Under the pieces are notes generated by a model that saw only the letters and a program-made list of their open reading frames with translations, searched no databases and had not been told where the DNA came from. Of a stretch of DNA of 64,000 nt, positions 55,826 to 64,000 are shown piece after piece (position 1 is the stretch's first letter; every line of letters starts with the position of its first letter). The stretch comes from Turneriella parva (GTDB taxonomy: Bacteria > Spirochaetota > Leptospiria > Turneriellales > Turneriellaceae), in contig DYPL01000004.1 in the NCBI GenBank assembly GCA_020719945.1, positions 12,927 to 76,926 on the forward strand, given 5' to 3'. The position numbers and the translations under genes are program-made.

Positions 55826-58126
55826 GTGATGTACCGAAAAGATGTTGACTCAAGTGCTGGAAATTTACTTAAAGCTATCATGGAAGAAAATGAATACCAG
55901 GAAGAACAGGCTGTTCTAACCGATCGCGATCAATCTTTATTAGAAGAAGTAGAAGTTACTGACAAACCAGTAGCCATTGGCATTGACGAGGCGGAACTGT
56001 ATAAGCCGGAAAATTTTATCAATCGAGAAATTTCCTGGCAGCATTTTAACCGGCGCGTACTGGAAGAAGCCCAGGATGCGACAAATCCTCTTCTCGAAAG
56101 AATCCGTTTTTTAACGATCTGTGAAAGCAATCTCGACGAATATTTTATGGTTCGCATTGCGAGCTTAAAACAGAAAATTGCAAACTTTATTGAAGATGCA
56201 GGTGCCGATGGAATGACGCCGCGAGAACAACTCACCCGCGTGCAGCAGTATCTCGTTGGATTTTACGGCGATCTGTACGCAACCCTTAATAATACACTGT
56301 TGCCAGATCTTGACAAAATTGGCATTAAATTCCCTGAATTGAAAAGTCTTGACGAACAGGATTTTGCGTCTATCACAGCGTATTTTAATAACGACGTATA
56401 TCCCATTCTCACTCCGCTGGCCATTGATCCAGGGCATCCCTTCCCACGCCTGGCTAACCGCAGCCTCAACATAAGCGTTCTGCTCAAGCGCAAAAAAAAT
56501 CCGGAGAGCACGCCTCTTTTTGCCGTGGTACAGGTTCCGTCTATTTTGCCCAGGCTGTATCGCCTGCCGGGCAGCCCCGATGGAACCAGCCGCTATGTCT
56601 GGCTGGAAGATATTATCATACACCACCTTGGTGATCTGTTCCCTGGCTTTGCTATCGTGGACGTTGCGCCCTTTAAGGTTACCCGCGACTCTGACATAAT
56701 AATAGAGGAGGACGAGGTAGACAATCTGCTGCTTACCATACAGGCGGAGCTTCGCCGCCGTGAAAAAGGTTCGCCCGTGCGCCTGGAAGTGCGCTCTGGA
56801 ATCAGCAGCGAGATGGCCGAAAGGCTGCGCAACGCTTTTGCGCTTGCTCCTTCCGAAGTGTTTTATCTGAGCGGAGCCGTTCCGCTGTCCGGATATAAAG
56901 AGCTGTTTGACGACGAACTTTTGTCGCCGCTTTCTTATTCTCCGTTTACTGCTCTCACAGCTGTTGAGTACGATCATCCTGGTCAGATCTTTTCTCTTAT
57001 TAAAAAGAAAGATATTTTTCTGCACCATCCGTATGAATCTTTTTCCATGACAGAGGATTTTATTTCTTCCGCCGCAGATGATCCCAATGTACTCGCCATT
57101 AAAATTACGTTGTACAGAACGGGCAGCAAGTCCCGCATTTTAGATGCCCTCATTCGCGCTGCGCGAAACGGCAAACAGGTGACAGCTCTCGTAGAACTTA
57201 AGGCGCGCTTTGATGAAGAGACAAATATACAGTGGGCCAAAAAACTGGAGGCCGAGGGAATCCACGTCGTGTATGGTCTCATGGGATTTAAGACGCATTC
57301 CAAGGTTACCCTGGTGATTCGTCGCGAAGAGGGAGGAATCCAGCGCTATATCCATTTGTCCACAGGGAACTACAACGCTATAACTTCGCGCATTTACACC
57401 GACACCGCCATTTTAACAGCCGACAATAAAATTGGCGAAGATGTTTCGTACCTGTTTAATTCTATTACCGGCTATGCAAAGCTTCCCAAAATGAACAAGC
57501 TGGCTACTTCTCCCGGCAGTCTCAAGCGCAAAGTGGTAGAAAAAATCCGCATAGAGGCTCAAAACGCACGGGCTGGAAAAAAGGCTTATATATTTGCCAA
57601 AATGAACTCACTCGTAGATACAGACGTGATACGGGAATTGTATATTGCATCGGCTGCCGGCGTAAAGATAGATCTCGTCGTTCGTGGCATTAGTTGTCTG
57701 CGCCCCGGCATTCCCGGCGTTTCTGAGAACATTCGCCTGACCTCCATTGTTGGGCGCTTTCTGGAACACAGTCGAATTTTTGTTTTTGAAAATGAAGGCA
57801 GTCCCCGAATTTATTTTTCGAGCGCGGACTGGATGCCCAGAAACTTTAATCGCAGAATTGAGATCATGTTCCCGATTGAAGACGAGCAGATTCGCGAAAA
57901 GGTTTTGCGGGAGATTGTTCCCCTGTATTTGTCGGATAACACGAAGGCACGCTTTCTTCAAACAAACGGCGATTACATTCGCGCGACACGACAAGAGGGA
58001 GAAAAAATCGTGAGCGTGCAGCAGCTGTTTGTAGACGGAGCCAGAGCCGAACTGGAACGCCGCGAAAAGAGCAACGGCGAGAAAAAGTCTATCAGCGAAA
58101 AGGGTAAAAAATTGTTTGAGGATTAA
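55826..58126 (+). CDS. ppk1: Polyphosphate kinase 1
   Basis: 766 aa (GTG at 55826 or ATG at 55829). FINREISWQHFNRRVLEEA, SNLDEYFMVRI, and two PLD-like HxK motifs (FKTHSKV, FLEHSRI). Confidence 0.95.
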   Translation: MMYRKDVDSSAGNLLKAIMEENEYQEEQAVLTDRDQSLLEEVEVTDKPVAIGIDEAELYKPENFINREISWQHFNRRVLEEAQDATNPLLERIRFLTICESNLDEYFMVRIASLKQKIANFIEDAGADGMTPREQLTRVQQYLVGFYGDLYATLNNTLLPDLDKIGIKFPELKSLDEQDFASITAYFNNDVYPILTPLAIDPGHPFPRLANRSLNISVLLKRKKNPESTPLFAVVQVPSILPRLYRLPGSPDGTSRYVWLEDIIIHHLGDLFPGFAIVDVAPFKVTRDSDIIIEEDEVDNLLLTIQAELRRREKGSPVRLEVRSGISSEMAERLRNAFALAPSEVFYLSGAVPLSGYKELFDDELLSPLSYSPFTALTAVEYDHPGQIFSLIKKKDIFLHHPYESFSMTEDFISSAADDPNVLAIKITLYRTGSKSRILDALIRAARNGKQVTALVELKARFDEETNIQWAKKLEAEGIHVVYGLMGFKTHSKVTLVIRREEGGIQRYIHLSTGNYNAITSRIYTDTAILTADNKIGEDVSYLFNSITGYAKLPKMNKLATSPGSLKRKVVEKIRIEAQNARAGKKAYIFAKMNSLVDTDVIRELYIASAAGVKIDLVVRGISCLRPGIPGVSENIRLTSIVGRFLEHSRIFVFENEGSPRIYFSSADWMPRNFNRRIEIMFPIEDEQIREKVLREIVPLYLSDNTKARFLQTNGDYIRATRQEGEKIVSVQQLFVDGARAELERREKSNGEKKSISEKGKKLFED

Positions 58127-58264
58127 AAGATAGTCAATGTTTATGTCTCTATCGTTGAGGTGAATAGACAGAGTGCGCTGCTTAGTTTAGACCGAGCTTG
58201 TCGAGGTGCAGAACGAAGGGCGCAGGGATGGATTGCCGGCAAACGCCACTGCCATGCCAGAATG

Positions 58265-58299
58265 GCTACCGATTCTACGAGCTATATCGGTAGCTTTTT
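58265..58299 (+). terminator. Candidate rho-independent terminator downstream of ppk1
   Basis: GCTACCGAT, 12-nt loop, ATCGGTAGC, then T5. It lies about 140 nt after the ppk1 stop. Confidence 0.5.
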
Positions 58300-58510
58300 C
58301 TGTTTCGTTCTTATATCAGATTTGTTTCTAATCCAACCACAGGTGAAAAAAATCGCGGATGGCCTCCTTATTCAGGGAATTGTTTTATCAAAGCAAGCTC
58401 TTGTTTTGTTTGAGGGATGATGTTGCATATGCTGTATTTTTTTTTGAGATTTTAAAAAAAATCAAAAAAAAATCAAAAAACCTTATCTTGCTCCACATTA
58501 CCTATATAGA

Positions 58511-59104
58511 ATGCAAAAGATAAATCAAAACCAGCATCACTCCACATCCATAACGCTGTCGCCAAAGTCTAAGGCTCTCTTGAAAGCTGCACTGAAAAGT
58601 TTGCGTAGCAAAGGAATTGTCTGGTCCGAGTCTGAACTCCTGCGCCGCCTGGCCATGCTCTATGTCCAGTCTTGGCGCGGCAACAAGCTCAAGTCGGCTA
58701 CCGCAAGGCGGTACAATCGCTCGGTTGAGGAAGGAAAATATGTTCAGGTTCCGTGGTATGTGGACAAAGTACTGTACTCCATTCTCTGGGAACGGGCGAT
58801 TCATTCTGGCATGTCCATCTCACGGATTATCGAATTTTCCTTGCGCTTTTACCTGAGAAGGCTTTTGGAGGATGCTCTGCGGACGCCGATCAAGGAAAGG
58901 GTAGACTCGCAGGGGGATTTATCGTACTCAATGGGGGGAAATTTTCGGCGTCGGATTGACAAACCGAAGATTTTTATTACCTACCGCTGCCTAACGCTGA
59001 GGAACTCCGGAAAAAGGCTAAAATACTGGCAAAAATACGAAATTTTGCCGTTTGATCGACTTTGGGAGGGTAAAATCCCCAAAGGCGGTACCTTTTTTTT
59101 CTGA
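58511..59104 (+). CDS. Hypothetical basic protein with two ribbon-helix-helix-like modules (possibly the Leptospira DUF1564 type; tentative)
   Basis: 197 aa. Two segments have a strand-helix-helix pattern (SITLSPKSKALLKAALKSL...ESELLRRLAMLYV and VQVPWYVDKVLYSILWERAIHSGMSISRIIEFSLRFYL). AT-rich upstream region, flanked by repeat-bearing intergenic DNA. Confidence 0.4.
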   Translation: MQKINQNQHHSTSITLSPKSKALLKAALKSLRSKGIVWSESELLRRLAMLYVQSWRGNKLKSATARRYNRSVEEGKYVQVPWYVDKVLYSILWERAIHSGMSISRIIEFSLRFYLRRLLEDALRTPIKERVDSQGDLSYSMGGNFRRRIDKPKIFITYRCLTLRNSGKRLKYWQKYEILPFDRLWEGKIPKGGTFFF

Positions 59105-59365
59105 CATTGCCTAACAAACTGAGACGCTGACGTAAAACCGCGCAAGAGGTACGATTTGCGATTTATAACCGATTCGCTAATCTTTGCGAATTTCATTTTG
59201 GCATATTAAGCTGATGCGTGACAACCGAACCATAGATCGGTAGTCCTTCTAATGAGACTTAATGTCCGCTGAAATGTCCTACCTATCTCGATACGCCTGT
59301 GGCTACAACTCCACTTTGTGACGGTAAAACTCGGGTAGGTAGGGCTGCGCAATTGAATCAACAGG

Positions 59366-60742
59366 CTAAGGCACTACGCTGATAACGAGAGCGTCGATTT
59401 TTTTTGAAAGCGAAGCAGGGCCGACAACAATAATTCCAAAATTTTCCGGTGCATACAGTCGAGCCACTCTCTTCACGTCTTCTACAGTGGCGGCGTCTAT
59501 GCGCTCCAGAAATGTTTCCAGAAAGTTATCGGGAAGGCCCTCCCATTCAAGTGTATTGCGCAGTGCTAAATAATCCGAAGGAGTCTCTGCGATAAAGACA
59601 AATCTATTTCGGATCGATTTTTTGGCACGCGCTATTTCCTCTTCCGTAATAAACGTTTCCCTTTCAGTCAGAATTTCGCGAATGGTGTGCAGTACATCGG
59701 GAACATTTGCATTTGCCGTTTGGGTAAAAATTCCCGCCGAGCCGGTGTATCCATCGGAGGAGAGATACGAATACGCCGTGTAGGCCCAGCCGTTTTGTGT
59801 GCGAATGCGGTTGGTAAGTACAGAGGTAAAGGAATCCCCTCCGAGCAGAAAATCAAAAATCTTCCAGGCATGGTAATCGTTGTTTCCATGCGGCAATCCT
59901 TTAGCTTTCATGAGAATGGTAGACTGGGGGACATTTTTTTCTGCAATCCAGATTTTTCCGCCGGGTATGGCGCAGGCCTGCTGGACGGCGATCGGCGGCA
60001 CAGCTCCTTGGCTGTCCATGGTTCCCAGATACTTGTTAAGAAGTACGATTGTATTGTCTTTGTTAAAGTCTCCGGTCAGCAAAATGGTATAGCGCACAGC
60101 GTTTTTATTTTTTTTCTGCCATGTTTGTAAATCCTCTTTTTCAATAGTTTTGACGGTAGATAGTCGCGATCTCATTCCGCGAACATTGTCCGGGCATAGA
60201 TAATCGTCGGAGGCTGCCGAGGCTACATTGGAAGGTGAATCAAATGAGTTCTGCATGGACTGAAGAATTTGTTTGCGAATGAGCTCCAGATCTTCAGTTG
60301 CAAAACGCGGGTTCATGAGAACTTCAAGAGCCATTTCGAGATCCTGTTCAAAGTAATTGGTGAGTGCATCGAGGGTAAACGAAGAACGTTCAAGGCCACC
60401 CGAGAACGTAAATGTAGAGGCATGTTCTTCAAGGTTTGCGGCAAGAGCATCGCGGGGGGTTTTATGAGAGCCAGAGAGCACAATGGATTCTCCCCACAAT
60501 GTATTGAGTCCTGCTTTATCCTTTGTTTCCTCAAACTTTCCGGAATGAACGAGAATAGAAATAGAAGCATGCGGAATAGCGTGGTTTTCAATGTACTGAA
60601 TGCGAATTCCATTGTTTAACCGGGCGTTATGAACCTGTGGCAGATGAACCGGTATTTCGGGAGCTTCGCGGATTTTTTCGTAATAGGGTACTGAGAGCAG
60701 GGTCGAAAGGCTGATTGTCAGAAAAATGAATAATAGGCGCAT
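59366..60742 (-). CDS. M16 (insulinase/pitrilysin) family peptidase-like protein without an HxxEH motif
   Basis: Start taken at MRLLFIFLTISLSTLLS (60742). M16 two-domain pattern (GLNTLWGESIVLSG, FTFSGGLERSSFTLDAL). No HxxEH zinc motif seen. Confidence 0.7.
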   Translation of the reverse strand: MRLLFIFLTISLSTLLSVPYYEKIREAPEIPVHLPQVHNARLNNGIRIQYIENHAIPHASISILVHSGKFEETKDKAGLNTLWGESIVLSGSHKTPRDALAANLEEHASTFTFSGGLERSSFTLDALTNYFEQDLEMALEVLMNPRFATEDLELIRKQILQSMQNSFDSPSNVASAASDDYLCPDNVRGMRSRLSTVKTIEKEDLQTWQKKNKNAVRYTILLTGDFNKDNTIVLLNKYLGTMDSQGAVPPIAVQQACAIPGGKIWIAEKNVPQSTILMKAKGLPHGNNDYHAWKIFDFLLGGDSFTSVLTNRIRTQNGWAYTAYSYLSSDGYTGSAGIFTQTANANVPDVLHTIREILTERETFITEEEIARAKKSIRNRFVFIAETPSDYLALRNTLEWEGLPDNFLETFLERIDAATVEDVKRVARLYAPENFGIIVVGPASLSKKIDALVISVVP

Positions 60743-60829
60743 GCGCAACGGAAAAACTTGCAGCGGGAAGGTCAACCATAATGAGAAGAACCTGTTGACA
60801 CAGCGTATCATAGATTAGATTTTTCGGAG

Positions 60830-61495
60830 GTGGAACAAAACAGTTATTATGTAAAAATATGCGGACTTACACGCCCGGAAGATGCCGTTCTCTCAGAAAA
60901 TCTGGGGGCTAAATTTTTGGGCATCGTGTTTCATAAATATTCTCCCCGCAGGGCATCCCTGGAGCAGGCGAGAGAAATACTTCAGGCTGTAAATGCACCT
61001 GTATTATTTGTCTTTGGATACGATGATGCATCGGATATTATTTCCGTCTGGTCGCAGCTTTCGACCCCGCGCACATTTTTGCAGATTCCGTTTTTGCATC
61101 AGAATTTTGAAGAAATAGAAACGCGTCTCACGGCAGCTAAAATTTTTCCATCTCTTTCTATTGATCATTTTGACGACAGAACAGAGCAAAGCCTTAAGCG
61201 CTTTCCGTTGTTTCTGCTCGACTCTGCCATTGGCACTGGGATGGATGGCAGGCCCATAGCCGGTGGTACGGGGCAAACCTTTGCATGGGAAAAAGCGAAA
61301 AATATACGGATGCCGTATCTTCTTGCAGGAGGTTTAAATCCGGAAAATTTATGCGATGCTCTGCGGACTCTCGAACCGCTCGGAGTAGATGTATCCTCCG
61401 GTGTTGAATTTGCGCCTGGAATGAAAGATCCGGAAAAGCTCGCTCTGTTTATCCGCACGGCCATAAAACCGCAGGAGTACTGCCGTGGACGATAA
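60830..61495 (+). CDS. trpF: Phosphoribosylanthranilate isomerase
   Basis: 221 aa, GTG start. YVKICGLTRPEDA, FLGIVFHKYSPR, GGTGQTFAW, LLAGGLNPENL, and GVDVSSGVE. Confidence 0.85.
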   Translation: MEQNSYYVKICGLTRPEDAVLSENLGAKFLGIVFHKYSPRRASLEQAREILQAVNAPVLFVFGYDDASDIISVWSQLSTPRTFLQIPFLHQNFEEIETRLTAAKIFPSLSIDHFDDRTEQSLKRFPLFLLDSAIGTGMDGRPIAGGTGQTFAWEKAKNIRMPYLLAGGLNPENLCDALRTLEPLGVDVSSGVEFAPGMKDPEKLALFIRTAIKPQEYCRGR

Positions 61496-63929
61496 TGCAC
61501 TCTCGTTAGATACGCCCATGATGCGGCAGTTTCTGGAGATTAAGCGCCGCTATCCAGAGAAAATTCTTTTTTTTCGCATGGGCGATTTTTACGAAATGTT
61601 TCTGGACGATGCCGTTTATGCATCGAAGGTTCTCGATATTGCTCTCACGCGCAGGCAGGACAACATTCCCATGTGCGGTGTACCACACCATTCCGTGCAG
61701 AATTATATTCATCCTATTTTAGAGAGTGGCAAAACAATAGCCGTTTGTGAACAGGTAGAAGATCCCAAAACGGTAAGCGGCAGAATAGTGCGGCGTGAGG
61801 TCGTCCGCATATTAACGCCCGGCACTCTTTTTGAAGAAGAGCTTCTTGAAAAAAGTGAATCCCGGCTTCTTGCGGCCATTGTTCAAACCGGTGACAAAAC
61901 TTTGCTGATTGCTTCTGCCGATATTTCTACGGGGTCGCTTTACGTGGAAGAAGCCTCTAACGATATTCTCACCGGTTTTTTGCCGGCGCGGGGAATTCGC
62001 GAAGTGCTGTTAGAAAAAGATTTTGCAGGCGAGGCACCTTCGCAGGTTCCGGTCATTTTTATGAACCCCATGCGGCCGGGCGAGATTTCAGCCCTGCTCA
62101 CGGAGCGCATTCCGTCTTATGATGTTTCACGCCAAGAAAGAGAGCCCCGCGTTCTGGCCATGTTGTTTGCGTATTTATCCGAGGTGGCACCCTCCGTGAA
62201 AATAGACTGGAAGAATCCGGTTTATCAGTTTCGACGCGAAACCATGGTATTAGACGATGCAGCGCTGCGCACTCTGGAAATTCTGCAGGATTACGATGGC
62301 AGCAGAAAGCATTCTCTGCTGGGAATTTTGTCAGACACGGTTTCTCCCGGTGGAAGAAGACTGGTACAGGATTGTCTCGTGAGGCCATCCATGTCTGTGC
62401 AGATAATTCAAGACAGGCAGGATGTCGTAGATTTTTTTCTGAAATCGGATTCGCTTCGCAGCAAAGTTCGTGACTGGATTGCGGTTTCGGGAGATCCCGC
62501 TCGGCTTGCTTCGCGGCTTGCGGTTTCTGCGCAGGTAAGACATTTTCAGGAATTGCGTGAAATGCTTCGCGCCGTTTATGCGCTGCACGGGATTCTCTCC
62601 CGGGAAAAGCTTCCCTCCATGCTCTCTCAAAACTGGGATGGTGAACTTCCGGATTCTCTGTCAGATTTTCTTGCAGAAGTACTCTGCGAAGGAGATCTTC
62701 CTCCGCTGCTCGACGAAAGGCGGTTTGTTAAAAAAGGGTACAACGAAAAATTAGATGAATACTTTGAGCTGAATGAATCGGCTCAGGAAGTGTTGCGCAA
62801 GTTTGAAGAAGAAGAAAAGCAGCGCCATAATCTCCCCAATTTAAAAATCCGTTACAATAAAATTATTGGATATTATTTTGAAATCTCTAAGGGGCAGGCA
62901 GAACGGGCACCGGCAGAGTACGCACGGCGGCAGACTCTCGTCAATGCAGAGCGCTATGTTTCGGAGCGATTAAAAGAATTAGAAGAAAAAATATTTTCTG
63001 CCCGCTATCAGGTGGTAGAGCTCCAGAGAAAAATCTTTGATGATATTTTACGGCACATACTCAAGCTCACCGATCTGATTCGCACGTGGGGAGGCCGCCT
63101 TGCTACTCTCGATGTTTTAACGGGATTTGCCAGTGTTGCCAGAAAGCGCAATTACAGCCGACCAGAAATTCGGGAAAGCGGAGCCATGCAGATAGAAAAA
63201 GGCAGGCATCCGGTGGTAGAGGCAAGGCTTGCAGACGAACCATTTGTTCCAAACGACGTGCATCTTGACAATGAAAGTTCTCATCTGGTAATTCTTACTG
63301 GACCTAATATGTCAGGAAAATCTACTTATATTCGCCAGATAGGATTACTCCAGATAATGGCACAGGCAGGATCGTTTGTTCCGGCGTCCCGGGCCGTGTT
63401 TCCTCTCACCGATCGCATTTTTACGCGCATAGGAGCATACGACAGGCTCACGCGGGGAGAATCCACCTTTTTTGTAGAGATGGTGGAGTGCGCTCATATA
63501 TTCCAGAATTTTTCCAGCCGCAGTCTGATTCTGTTAGACGAAGTAGGGCGCGGAACTTCTACCTACGATGGCATAAGCATTGCCCGCGCCATGGTTGAGT
63601 ATCTCAATAAGGACGGATTTGGAAGGCCGCGCACATTGTTTGCGACTCATTATGCGGAGCTTGCGGGGCTTATATCGCAGCGGCGCGGCATTGTCGGCAA
63701 AACGGTCGATGTCGTGGAAGAAAACGGCAAAGTCGTATTCCTGAGAAAAATTATCGATGGCGTTGCCGATAAATCCTACGGAATCCACGTGGCTGCCATG
63801 GCCGGCATTCCTCCCGACATTGTCGCGCGGGCGGGTGCATTGCTTCTGGAGCTCGAGGGCGAAGGCCTCTGGAAAATGGAGCCGCAAAAGGGCAAGTCAG
63901 CGGGCGATGTTCAACTGAGTATGTTTTAG
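61485..63929 (+). CDS. mutS: DNA mismatch repair protein MutS
   Basis: 814 aa, GTG start overlapping trpF by 11 nt. TPMMRQFLEIK, FYEMF, Walker A GPNMSGKST, DEVGRGTSTYDG, and THY. Confidence 0.97.
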   Translation: MDDNALSLDTPMMRQFLEIKRRYPEKILFFRMGDFYEMFLDDAVYASKVLDIALTRRQDNIPMCGVPHHSVQNYIHPILESGKTIAVCEQVEDPKTVSGRIVRREVVRILTPGTLFEEELLEKSESRLLAAIVQTGDKTLLIASADISTGSLYVEEASNDILTGFLPARGIREVLLEKDFAGEAPSQVPVIFMNPMRPGEISALLTERIPSYDVSRQEREPRVLAMLFAYLSEVAPSVKIDWKNPVYQFRRETMVLDDAALRTLEILQDYDGSRKHSLLGILSDTVSPGGRRLVQDCLVRPSMSVQIIQDRQDVVDFFLKSDSLRSKVRDWIAVSGDPARLASRLAVSAQVRHFQELREMLRAVYALHGILSREKLPSMLSQNWDGELPDSLSDFLAEVLCEGDLPPLLDERRFVKKGYNEKLDEYFELNESAQEVLRKFEEEEKQRHNLPNLKIRYNKIIGYYFEISKGQAERAPAEYARRQTLVNAERYVSERLKELEEKIFSARYQVVELQRKIFDDILRHILKLTDLIRTWGGRLATLDVLTGFASVARKRNYSRPEIRESGAMQIEKGRHPVVEARLADEPFVPNDVHLDNESSHLVILTGPNMSGKSTYIRQIGLLQIMAQAGSFVPASRAVFPLTDRIFTRIGAYDRLTRGESTFFVEMVECAHIFQNFSSRSLILLDEVGRGTSTYDGISIARAMVEYLNKDGFGRPRTLFATHYAELAGLISQRRGIVGKTVDVVEENGKVVFLRKIIDGVADKSYGIHVAAMAGIPPDIVARAGALLLELEGEGLWKMEPQKGKSAGDVQLSMF

Positions 63930-64000
63930 GGGTTGGAGTTTTCCCCGGCCACGGGGGTTTAGCATACAGAAAAAATGTGTCCCAAAATCGGGTTAGTCCA

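Noticed and set aside
56165-57028. 287-aa ORF antisense to ppk1
   Set aside because: It is embedded in a confidently identified ppk1 gene. No domain-like features.
58438-58480. A-rich tandem stretch (AAAAAAAATC x3), checked as a possible CRISPR array or minisatellite
   Set aside because: The units are only ~10 nt, there are three imperfect copies and no spacers. It is consistent with an AT-rich promoter/UP region of the downstream orphan gene.
63930-64000. Motif GGGGTTGGAGTTTTCCCCGGCC after mutS, resembling the ccoP terminator stem (GGGGTCGGGGGTTTCCCCGGCC)
   Set aside because: It is short, lacks a following T-run and sits at the window edge. The evidence is insufficient to call a terminator or a repeat family.

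Overview
This 64-kb window looks like core chromosome from a spirochaete of the Leptospirales type. That guess rests on GroEL/GroES, enolase and the general protein flavour, and no database search was possible. Coding density is high, at about 60 genes. Housekeeping genes include eno, ftsB-like, hpt, efp, pgk, ccoNOQP (cbb3 oxidase), hemH, secG, groES-groEL with a CIRCE operator, rho, ppk1, trpF and mutS. Among them are many sensory and envelope genes: a histidine kinase, REC-REC-PAS and HD-GYP, PP2C, STAS, an MBL protein with two cNMP-binding domains, TPR/NHL/vWA, LysM, M23, bactofilin, PEGA, SPOR and FecR. I recognised no rRNA, tRNA, CRISPR array, IS element, integrase or prophage. No complete, clearly novel multi-gene system (for example a defence island) is evident. 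The points most worth a second look are: (1) a single in-frame TAG separating REC-REC-PAS from its HD-GYP output domain; (2) an uninterrupted fusion of a Na+/alanine-type symporter with phosphatidylserine decarboxylase; (3) a translationally coupled SPOR-GNAT-HisI-like-MBL/2xcNMP gene string in which the HisI-like protein has lost the DxDxD metal motif; (4) a stand-alone SPPY (m4C-type) methyltransferase in an AT-richer patch; (5) an interspersed ~85-nt intergenic repeat in three copies, plus weaker repeat words; (6) small gene relics (an FG-GAP fragment and a HEPN/HI0074 fragment) and a repeat-flanked islet encoding a tandem RHH-like protein; (7) an amidohydrolase whose conserved N-terminus has no canonical start codon, only GGAGG followed by ATT. 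All functional calls come from motif recognition by eye and should be confirmed by homology and structure searches.
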